Positions 1 through 9,960 of a stretch of 64,000 bases of DNA are shown one piece after another; the first letter of the stretch is position 1, and the number at the start of each line of letters is the position of its first letter. The DNA comes from Eledone cirrhosa (lineage: Eukaryota): the NCBI GenBank assembly GCA_964016885.1, contig OZ024743.1, positions 9,486,001 through 9,550,000 of the forward strand, in the 5' to 3' direction. Position numbers and translations under genes: made by a program. Under the pieces are notes generated by a model that was not told the DNA's origin, searched no databases, and worked only from the letters and a program-made list of their open reading frames with translations.

Positions 1-100
1 CACAGCCAAAGATGGCTGTCACTGAAATATATATAGCAGTAATAAACGAAGCTAAATTTTAATCATTTGACTTTTATTTAACTTTATTTATTTATATATT
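1..100 (+). mobile_element. 3' end of a PLE-type element with the 3' half of a hammerhead ribozyme, truncated by the window edge
   Basis: Hairpin ACAGCCA-aaga-TGGCTGT, then cact-GAAA-tatata-TA (palindromic stem III plus NUH), ending in (TA)n like the other PLE ends in the window. Confidence 0.5.
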
Positions 101-106
101 TATATA

Positions 107-186
<80 letters not shown>

Positions 187-486
187 CAAATAACGAAACG
201 AAATTAAATTTCGTTTCGTTTGTAACTCACTTTTGTATGACTGACGCTTAAACAATTAAGTTAAAAATGTACATCCACATATGTATACTGAAATACTAGT
301 ATGCATATGAATACACACACGTGTACATATGTAGATGTACCGAGTTTTTCACTGGACACTTTACTGTGAGTGTCCAGCTATTTAAGCGTCAGTCATACAA
401 AAGTGAGTTACAAACGAAACGAAATTTAATTTCGTTTCGTTATTTGTTTTTATCGTCTCCGCTGAACCGGTACGTACTCACGCTCT

Positions 487-534
487 ATGCAAATTAGTCT
501 GCCCACTACTAATTTTCATAGAAAAAGCATATAA
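487..534 (+). promoter_or_regulatory. Compact snRNA-type promoter candidate (octamer, PSE-like segment, TATA)
   Basis: ATGCAAAT 487-494, TATAA 530-534, putative +1 AG at 559; spacing shared with three other copies. Confidence 0.6.
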
Positions 535-579
535 CGATATGTGCTTTTACGATTCTCTAGAAAGGCCGGAAGATAGGTA

Positions 580-624
580 AATATTGCTGATGAGATGTAA
601 CAACATCGAAACTAGTCCAATATT
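580..624 (+). ncRNA. Minimal type I hammerhead ribozyme
   Basis: AATATTG-CTGATGA-GATGT aaca ACATC-GAAA-CTAG-TC-CAATATT; GUC cleavage triplet, palindromic stem III. Confidence 0.92.
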
Positions 625-845
625 CCTTGTCTGGCTTTCTGGAGAATAGAGGAAAGGTGTTTCCTCGAAAACCAGTATGATTCTAAAAACCGGTTTGTCT
701 GTGTGTTTACATACAGAATAGCTGGACACTCACAGTAAAGTGTCCAGTGAAAAACTCGGTACATCTACATATGTACACGTGTGTGTATTCATATGCATAC
801 TAGTATTTCAGTATACATATGTGGATGTACATTTTTAACTTAATT

Positions 846-896
<51 letters not shown>

Positions 897-1148
897 AATA
901 GAATGAAAACGAAATTTCATTTCTCACTCTTAGTACGGCACTTACTTAAATGTAAGTATGTATGTATACGTACATACATATATGTATACAGACGTACAGT
1001 AGCATGCATATATATATATATACATACAGGTACACATAAATATATGTACGTATCAGTTTAGCGTACTAAGAGTGAGAAATGAAATTTCGTTTTCATTCTA
1101 TTACAACTTATCGTTTTCGATGCGCCTGGCCGACTGAACTCACTCGAT

Positions 1149-1196
1149 ATGCAAATTAGGCTGCTCAGCCATTAGTTTTCATAAGGAAAGTATATA
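1149..1196 (+). promoter_or_regulatory. Compact snRNA-type promoter candidate (octamer, PSE-like segment, TATA)
   Basis: ATGCAAAT 1149-1156, GGCTGCTCAGCC, TATATA 1191-1196, putative +1 AG at 1221. Confidence 0.6.
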
Positions 1197-1230
1197 CTTT
1201 CGAACATTCAACCATCTGGCAGAAGGGTAT

Positions 1231-1273
1231 ACGGTGCTGATGATAGCTAAGAAGCTTGAAACAAGTACATCGT
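1231..1273 (+). ncRNA. Minimal type I hammerhead ribozyme
   Basis: ACGGTG-CTGATGA-tAGCT aaga AGCTt-GAAA-CAAG-TA-CATCGT; GUA triplet. Confidence 0.85.
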
Positions 1274-1434
1274 TCCTGTGTCAGTGTTGAACAAAAAGGT
1301 GACGTGGTTGCCTTAACACCGTACGGCATAAATTCAGGCTGTCTGTTTGTTTACTAACGGACAAAGCGGGCGTTATAATAAACGTCCGCTAAACTGATAC
1401 GTACATATATGTATGTGTACCTGTATGTATGTAT

Positions 1435-1499
<65 letters not shown>

Positions 1500-1527
1500 A
1501 TCAAAAGATGGTTAAAGGAGTTCCATG

Positions 1528-1598
1528 TATTTTATTATGCGCATTTCAAAAACAAACATCATCATGCAATAATATTTGTGTTTTCATCAGATAAAACA
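1528..1598 (-). ncRNA. Hammerhead ribozyme (inverted-arm copy)
   Basis: Reverse complement of the HHR at 4366-4436. Confidence 0.85.
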
Positions 1599-2865
1599 GG
1601 AGAACATGATATGAAGTCTAAAAAACACTTGTGGATAGTGCAGTTTTAAATCAACATATGAAAAGTGGTTTTAGATTGATGTGTGATATTGGGAAAAATA
1701 TTTTATTTAGAGAGGGGGGGTGGAAAGGATGAAAAAGGGGAGGAGATGAGAGGGAGAGATGGGTGATAGAGAGAAAGAGATAGTTTTTATAACTGAGAGG
1801 AGATATATTGTTTTACATAGAGAGGTTGAAAACCGTTGGAAGATAATGTATAAATTAAAAACATTTTGAAAATTAACGAAGGGAGGATATGTGCGAGGAA
1901 AAAATATTTTATTTAGGGAGGGGGGTGGGGTGGAAAGGATGAAAAAAGGGGGAGGAGATGAGAGTGAAGGTGGTGAGGGAGAGATGGGTGATAGAGAGAA
2001 AGAGATAGTTTTTATAACTGAGAAAAAGATATATTGTTTTACATAGAGAGGTTGAGAACCGTTGGAAGATAATGTATAAATTAAAGGAATTTGAAAATTA
2101 ACGAAGGGAATTTATGTATGAAGATAGAGAGAAAAAATAATAATTGTGGATGAATATTCTAACGTCAAAAAAAGTGTATGTTGATAAGTATTGTGGCAAT
2201 TTCAAAATTAACGAAGAGAAAAATTATTAAGGTTTGTGTGTAGAAGGATTTGAGAAAAATAATGTGAAGTTAAAGTTTGTATATTGAAGGAATTGATAAT
2301 ATATGCGAATAAAGAGTTAATATGTATTAAGAATGAGTTCGTTGATGGGGAGAAAAAAATAATAAATTAAGGATGAAATTGAGATTAAAATGATTTATGA
2401 TAGAGAGAAAAAATAATAATGATTGCGGATGAATATTCTAACGTCAAAAAAACAAATGTATATGTTATGAAGGATTTTACAAGGTGAAGATAGAATGAGG
2501 GTAATGAGTAAACAAGTATTATAGAGTGTATAATGCCCTTTAAAGTAAGGTAGGAAGATGGGTATATTTTAAAGAGGTGTATGTATATGTGCCTTTGAGA
2601 AAAGATTCTAAATTGATAAAGAATTGAATATTAACTGTATACTTTGTGAAAAGTCCTATGGAATTTTTGCAGGCAGATAGAAAACAAATCTGTACGTCTA
2701 TTTATTATAGAATCTAGGTTAGAGATAATGGTAAATTTTTCATTTAGGCAGAGATTACAGATTTTAGATAGAGAGCTGTTCAAGTATGAGGATGCAGAAG
2801 AAACCTTCTTCCAAAAGATGGTATATTTAATGTTTTTGTCTTTTAAGGACCATATGAGTCCTTCT

Positions 2866-3333
2866 ATAGATAACACTAGGTCACTCATTAATAATCTCTC
2901 TAATTGCAACTGCCGCATTAAAAATAAATGTCCTCTCAACAACCATTGTCTCGATAAAAACTTAATTTAAGAATGTAAAATTATAACTAGCACCAATTCC
3001 TTCACCAATTTTGGCTCCACTTCCACCTCTTTTAAAGCTCGTCTCTATAATCATCATTCATCTTTCAAATACAAACTTAAAAGAACCAACACTGCTCTCT
3101 CAGAACTCACATGGTCCTTAAAAGACAAAAACATTAAATATACCATCTTTTGGAAGAAGGTTTCTTCTGCATCCTCATACTTGAACAGCTCTCTATCTAA
3201 AATCTGTAATCTCTGCCTAAATGAAAAATTTACCATTATCTCTAACCTAGATTCTATAATAAATAGACGTACAGATTTGTTTTCTATCTGCCTGCAAAAA
3301 TTCCATAGGACTTTTCACAAAGTATACAGTTAA
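2866..3333 (+). pseudogene. PLE GIY-YIG endonuclease remnant
   Basis: NCNCRIKNKCPLNNHCLDKNLI*ECKI...NFGSTSTSFKARLYNH...LSELTWSLK...CNLCLNEK; TAA at the first catalytic Tyr. Confidence 0.85.
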
Positions 3334-4365
3334 TATTCAATTCTTTATCAATTTAGAATCTTTTCTCAAAGGCACATATACATACACCTCTTTAAAATAT
3401 ACCCATCTTCCTACCTTACTTTAAAGGGCATTATACACTCTATAATACTTGTTTACTCATTACCCTCATTCTATCTTCACCTTGTAAAATCCTTCATAAC
3501 ATATACATTTGTTTTTTTGACGTTAGAATATTCATCCGCAATCATTATTATTTTTTCTCTCTATCATAAATCATTTTAATCTCAATTTCATCCTTAATTT
3601 ATTATTTTTTTCTCCCCATCAACGAACTCATTCTTAATACATATTAACTCTTTATTCGCATATATTATCAATTCCTTCAATATACAAACTTTAACTTCAC
3701 ATTATTTTTCTCAAATCCTTCTACACACAAACCTTAATAATTTTTCTCTTCGTTAATTTTGAAATTGCCACAATACTTATCAACATACACTTTTTTTGAC
3801 GTTAGAATATTCATCCACAATTATTATTTTTTCTCTCTATCTTCATACATAAATTCCCTTCGTTAATTTTCAAATTCCTTTAATTTATACATTATCTTCC
3901 AACGGTTCTCAACCTCTCTATGTAAAACAATATATCTTTTTCTCAGTTATAAAAACTATCTCTTTCTCTCTATCACCCATCTCTCCCTCACCACCTTCAC
4001 TCTCATCTCCTCCCCCTTTTTTCATCCTTTCCACCCCACCCCCCTCCCTAAATAAAATATTTTTTCCTCGCACATATCCTCCCTTCGTTAATTTTCAAAA
4101 TGTTTTTAATTTATACATTATCTTCCAACGGTTTTCAACCTCTCTATGTAAAACAATATATCTCCTCTCAGTTATAAAAACTATCTCTTTCTCTCTATCA
4201 CCCATCTCTCCCTCTCATCTCCTCCCCTTTTTCATCCTTTCCACCCCCCCTCTCTAAATAAAATATTTTTCCCAATATCACACATCAATCTAAAACCACT
4301 TTTCATATGTTGATTTAAAACTGCACTATCCACAAGTGTTTTTTAGCCTTCATATCATGTTCTCC

Positions 4366-4436
4366 TGTTTTATCTGATGAAAACACAAATATTATTGCAT
4401 GATGATGTTTGTTTTTGAAATGCGCATAATAAAATA
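4366..4436 (+). ncRNA. Minimal type I hammerhead ribozyme in PLE 3' end
   Basis: TGTTTTAT-CTGATGA-(long stem II)-GAAA-TGCGCA-TA-ATAAAATA; AUA triplet. Confidence 0.85.
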
Positions 4437-4560
4437 CATGGAACTCCTTTAACCATCTTTTGATCTTATATTATGTATACTCCAGTCCTACAAACTGTAG
4501 AGTGCTTCTTATCCGATATCTGCATTGCTTTATTGTACTACAATAAAACTCACCTCCTAC

Positions 4561-4624
<64 letters not shown>

Positions 4625-4680
4625 TGCTACTGTACGTCTGTATACATATATGTATGTACGTATACATACATACTTACATT

Positions 4681-4805
<125 letters not shown>

Positions 4806-4833
4806 ATATATATTTATTAAAATAACAGATTAA

Positions 4834-4884
4834 AGTTTAAGCAAAGAATCGCTGCTTTCACCCTTAACGGGATCTTCTGAAACT
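4834..4884 (-). ncRNA. Hammerhead-like motif with CAGAAGA (U4A) core
   Basis: AGTTT-CAGAAGA-tCCC gttaa GGGt-GAAA-GCA...TGC-TT-AAACT; same sequence at 57558-57608. Confidence 0.65.
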
Positions 4885-5807
4885 AACAAAGTCAATCTGT
4901 AAACGCAGAAGTGGATATTTCAAAAAACTTTGCAACCGGAGGAAGACAGGAAGACGATACTTTGGTTCGTGGATACGTTCGCTGGCAAAGAACGGGAAAA
5001 AACGAATATAATACGTCATTAATAGGAGCTGTGAAAAACAATTACGCGCAAAGACAGAACCACGTTTATGGTATAAAAGAGGTCGTAGACTAATGTTCTC
5101 TTAGGTGGTTCATAGAGACGTTCTCTGGCAATGAACGAAGATAATACGTCATATGTGGAGCGTGGAGAACAAATAGCACGCAAAGACAAAACCACGTAAA
5201 TGGTATAGCAGAAGTCGTAGACTAAAATTCTAACTAGGAGACAGAATGAATCTCCGCTACAGAGTTAAGAACAAAGTAAATAAATACAATACGGAAGTAA
5301 TAGAAATAAATAAATACATACACGCAAACAAATACGTACATACACAAGCATACGCAAAACACTTACCATAGGTATACAAAACCACGCACATATAAATATG
5401 TGTGTGTGTATGCGTGTATATAAATAAATAATTATATAAACGTGTATAAATAAATAAATACGTATATAACAAGCGCACACACATACCTACATGTAAATAC
5501 ACGAATGTTCGGAGACGTAAGTCAACCAAAACACAAAGTACACATATACACACACCCTACATACATACGAACCAGCATACTCACACAGACGCAAAATTCC
5601 CGTATACACAAAGCCAAACCATATGTACCAGAATATATAAAATTATACGCCATAACATAAACAATCAAATATACGTACGAGAAGGTATACGTACCTTCAC
5701 AAAACATACGGGTAATAAATACATACCTATGCAAATAAGTAATGGTATAAACAAAACATATACTTAGCTCCCACACCAAGACGTAAAATATCCACGTATA
5801 GATCGTA

Positions 5808-6975
5808 CTATCCGTTAGGGTATAATGTGGGGCTGTAATACAGGAAAGTTTTGTGCAATTTATGTTTACAAGCCGAAATTGCCTCAGATTTTTTGTTTAA
5901 GATGTGGTCTGTGGCGTAGAGTATTTCTAGGGCCTCAGCGGCGCAGAGGTCACATGGTCTTTTATTTCCGTTATACGATCTAGCCCTAGCTAGGATCTCC
6001 CAGTGTAACTTATATTGGGTGTGGTTGTCTTTTAGACTCCAGATATAAGCTGAAAGTGACGTCATATTCCTTCTTAGAGGGTAACGAAAAGAATGGCTAT
6101 GCATGTAAAGACGCTGCTTGAATCTATTGGCAATTAACCTTATGTAGGCCCTACGGGACGTGGGTGTTACAACCTTATATTTGTAGACAATGTTGCTAGA
6201 GAGGCATTTCCCGGATAGGGGGAAATCAACCCGATTCCCACAATTACAGTTAGTACTAACTACAGGGTTGCACGTGTTCCTACGGCTAGGTAGATTAGAT
6301 AAATTTGAAGTTGTGATGTTATGTGCAAGTTTAGGAGTCGTAGAGTAAGAAATTTTAATAGTATTTCTATTAAAAATTTTACTATGTTTATGTGTAGGGG
6401 AAAATGCTTCGTAATAAGGGAAAGAAAGATCTTAGCTAATGGTGTGGCCACCTCCATATTATATGGTGGGTTATACCAACGAATGCGACGGGATCTATTT
6501 CTTCTAGGTCTATTTTCGTACTCTGTATATGCTACCTTATCGACAAATCTACTTCGAGCAAGAGCTTCATTGTAATAAGTGGAATGGTCGTTGAAAATAC
6601 GCTCGTTGGTGGAAAGACGGGAAAGCCTCAACAAAACGTTTCTTACCAGGTTCTTGGTTATGCTGGCAGGATGGTTGGAATGCTTACTTATGTAATTAAG
6701 CGTATCATTCGGCTTTCTATACGGGTAATACAACCCATTCAATAAATTGAAGGTAACGTCGAGGTAATTAACGACCGAGAGATTGGCCTCAACCTGTATA
6801 GAGAAGTTGAAGCCTTTAAAGAAGGCTGTGAGTTCTTTTCTGAACCTGTCGCAAGCACGAAGTCCGCACTTAGTTATGGTCAAAAGACCATCGTCACGGT
6901 ACAAACCACCGCCCGCGTTGGGGAATTCATCCTTGATAGAGAAAAGAAGAAAAAGGCCGATAAGATCAGTATATT
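5808..6975 (-). pseudogene. PLE reverse transcriptase/GIY-YIG, disrupted
   Basis: ORF-track segments 6260-7003 and 5808-6104 carry PLE RT and endonuclease motifs. Confidence 0.85.
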
Positions 6976-7073
6976 TTTTGACCGGCAACCTTCCTGGTGG
7001 CAAAGTTGTAAAATGTATGTATGTATGTATGTATGTATGTATGTATGTATGTATGTATGTATGTATGTATGTA

Positions 7074-7484
7074 TGGGAGAGATGACCCCTTAGCCTTTGT
7101 CAAGGCAGAATTCTAGGAGAAGGAAAACTCTGATATAACACCTGCAACCCTGATGGTATCAAATGATGTTGACTTGTTCTTCTTTTTGGTAAATATCATG
7201 TTGGTTAAGAGAGTGGGACTGGCTTTGTGCAATGCCTTTGCTCACTATAAAAGCTTCACGGCACAGGCATTGCTTTATATCTGGATATCTCTCTGCACTT
7301 GTCGTCACATGGTACAATGGGTCCAGCACTATGTGTCAATAATTGTCACAAATGTAGTGTTTGTACCAGAGTTTTCAAGTCGCTGGCTGGACTAAAAAGT
7401 CACACTTGTTCAGCGCATCGGTAGGGGTTCTCCTACATGGATATAAAGTAGTGGCCGTACTCGAAAACGAGTTGGCAGCCACCA
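7074..7484 (+). mobile_element. Non-coding RTE-related short element (5'-truncated copy of 42255-42808)
   Basis: Near-identical to 42402-42808; contains TAGGAGAAGGAAAACTCTG, reminiscent of RTE 5' regions; ends GAGTTGGCAGCCACC followed by (ATGT)n. Confidence 0.65.
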
Positions 7485-7599
7485 TGTATGTATGTATATT
7501 CTTCTGGTTTTATAATTTTACAAAGTTTTACCAATAGAGAGAGAGTCGGTTTCTAACATAGGCACAAGACTCTCTCATTGGAATTTACACAACATCAAC

Positions 7600-9524
7600 T
7601 AGGTAGATATGTATGTATGCATGCATGTGTAGATATGGATGTTATTGTATGTGTGGATGTATATGTTTTGAGTTGTATGTGTGCATGTGTATATTCAGTT
7701 ATTAGATGCAACATTTTTGGAATGTTTTACATATTTTTACTGTTCCATTAATGGATTGTACTTGTAATTTCCTTACTAGTTGTGTTCTTTCTGTTCCTGT
7801 GAAGCCTAGCTTCTCAAGATTTTTATTGCGGCAGTTACTAACATATCCCAGTGCCCCAATAATCACAGGCATAAATCTGAAGGTGTAATCAGGGTGGAGT
7901 ATCTGCAGATTTTCATCAGTTCTGCATAAATATTCTCCTTTTCACTAATCTTTGATATTATATTGGCATCTGCTGGGCAGCTAACTTCCACTACTGTGCA
8001 TGTTTTCTTCTCCCTGTCCCATATCATAATATCTGGTCGGTTATGCCTGCATTTTATTGGGGTTTTTACTGGAACATTCCACCAGTACTCTTTCATATTA
8101 TGTACATGGATGTCTTCCACATTGTTGTAGCTTTTACTGTGTTTATTTTCGGGGATATCCTTTTTACAAACTGCATTGTACAGTGTTTTGGCCACTACAT
8201 CATGCCTCATATGTAGATAGTACCGCGATGACACCTTTGGACAGCTGCTGATGACATGGGTGATATCCTCGATGTTAGTTCTGCAGAGTCTGCACTTGTT
8301 ATCACATCTAGGTGTTTTGCCTGCATCCCTATCTCTTTTGTGAATCAGGTATTTCGTGCTAATCTCCTGTTCCTGGATTGCAAAAGCGTATCCTTCAAAG
8401 TGGGAGCCAATATAGCGGTTGTTGGTCCAAGATAGACTACTTTCCTTATCTATATTAATCTCACTCAGGAGCTTCCTAGCAACATATCCGTGCATGATTT
8501 TTTGATGATAGGCATGCAGTTTTTCATCCATGGTTTCACTGCGATACTGCTGAGCGACATCCCTGGGTGTGCGTTTTTGATTATCACACAGGGAATATCT
8601 CTCAAGGAGTTCCTTCCCAACTCTCATGATCTTATCTGTTTCATGCAGATAGACTTGCTCGAGAAACGGGCTCCTATGCTTCGAGGTTCGTAGATGTTGT
8701 CGGAGAGATATGATGCGACATTCAAATATTGTCTGGACTGATGTTAGGCCTCTGCTCCCTGCTTACGTTTCAAGTAAAGGCGGTCTATATCACTGTTGAT
8801 GTGGTAGTTTCCGGTGTTGTTCAGTATTTTTCGAGTTCCAACATCAACTGCTCGGATTTCGTCTATTGTCCAATTGAGTATTCCAAACTTTGGTGTTAGG
8901 ACAGACACAGCAAACACATTGTGAGCCACTGTTTTGTTTTGCGCAGAGAGTTCCGATGACCAGATCTTTCTTAATCGGGTGTAGTATTCCTTGGTTACGC
9001 GTTCTTTATTACAGATACCATTATAGGATATGTTCTCATCTATCCCAGGGTATCTGTAGCAATCCTCATCAGATATCGGTGAAACAGTTAGACCATTGAT
9101 GATAATGTTGCTAGATTGGGTTGTTGTTTTTCCCCGCTTTTCAGTCATGTATGAGCATTTATCTTGACCAAACTCCATTCCTATATCTTCTGAAAACGTT
9201 GTAACCAAGGTAAGATTTTTCTTCATCCCATCCATGTTCTTGGCATAGAGTTTCAGATCATCCACAAAGAAATTATGGGTTAGGTTCGTATTTCTGTCCT
9301 CCTGTGAGCCAATGATGTATCCCTCACATTTCCTGAGCAGAAAGGACAAGGGGTTTAATGACAATATGAACAGTATCACAGAGAGACTGTCCTCCTGAAA
9401 TATACCCCTGCAATATTTTATTTTATCAGTGAAAATAAAGTCCTCCCTCTCTGTCTTTAACCTTAGGATAGTAGCCCAAGAAGAAGACAGCCTCTCTATG
9501 GCTCTGACAATAATATCTGGGACT

Positions 9525-9525
<1 letters not shown>
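7600..9525 (-). mobile_element. R4/Dong-like non-LTR retrotransposon, 3' part (RT, CCHC and restriction-like endonuclease), disrupted
   Basis: GIFQEDSLS, FFVDDLKLYA, GMEFGQDKC; CRLC...HVISSC, RHDVVAK, NRPDIMIWD...VVEVSCP; adjacent to (ATGT)n. Confidence 0.85.
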
Positions 9526-9556
<31 letters not shown>

Positions 9557-9606
9557 TGTATGTATGTATGTATGTATGTATGTATGTATGTATGTATATG
9601 TATGTA

Positions 9607-9960
9607 TTGGTTAGTCCACACCAATAGTTAAGAACGTCTTCATCTTACTTAAGAACACTTACCCATACAGCATAAGTATTACACCATCCTCAACAGAAAC
9701 ACAAGTCGACTTTCATCTCCATTACACCTTACTTAGCAAGAAACATAGCAAAGATAAATGTTTCAAAAACAACATTTGACACAAGTGCGCTGTGGAATTG
9801 CTCAAATACGAATCCGTGCCTGACAAACGAAATCGTATACAAATGCGATGTCGTAACGAGAAGCTCCATAAAAACCATACACCGGCAGTGATTCAGAATA
9901 TAGGACAGTTTGAAAAGTGACATACATGTCCTGCTGATGTACTTTAGTGTTTTCAATTCA
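9607..9960 (+). pseudogene. Degenerate PLE GIY-YIG relic
   Basis: Translates in pieces to HLPIQHKYYTILNRNT and PCLTNEIVYKCDV, matching the PLEs at 11.9 and 57.8 kb. Confidence 0.55.

Larger units (their letters stand above)
182..850 (+). mobile_element. Non-coding HHR element, octamer/TATA family copy A1 (~468 bp monomer at 382-850 plus inverted arm at 182-381)
   Basis: 182-381 is the reverse complement of 718-850 joined directly to 382-452; flanked by (TA)n on both sides; contains an HHR and promoter motifs. Confidence 0.85.
891..1432 (+). mobile_element. Non-coding HHR element, octamer/TATA family copy A2 (inverted arm 891-1061; 3' end displaced to 4619-4681)
   Basis: The reverse complement of 891-1061 equals 1388-1430 plus 4619-4681 plus the unit start at 1062-1104; homologous to A1 and A3. 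Confidence 0.85.
1497..4562. mobile_element. Fold-back Penelope-like element (Neptune-type GIY-YIG 3' portion) with ~1.35 kb near-identical inverted arms
   Basis: 1497-2848 is the reverse complement of ~3104-4468; the + arm carries the GIY-YIG remnant, a long 3' UTR with a ~200 bp internal duplication, an HHR and a ~95 nt extra tail; flanked by (TA)n. Confidence 0.9.
4815..6975 (-). mobile_element. 5'-truncated Penelope-like element (Neptune-type), RT plus GIY-YIG plus ~1 kb 3' UTR
   Basis: RT with GLYRDDGL, NYLDVTFNL, YYPYRKPN, WYNPPY; GIY-YIG C-terminus LSAYIWSLK...CDLCAAE; frameshifted; 3' UTR shared with 56601-57626. Confidence 0.9.

Noticed and set aside
1497-4468. Palindromes as sequencing or assembly fold-back artefacts
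   Set aside because: Arms show substitutions, unique spacers and family-specific asymmetric tails reproduced in independent copies; raw-read confirmation is still advisable
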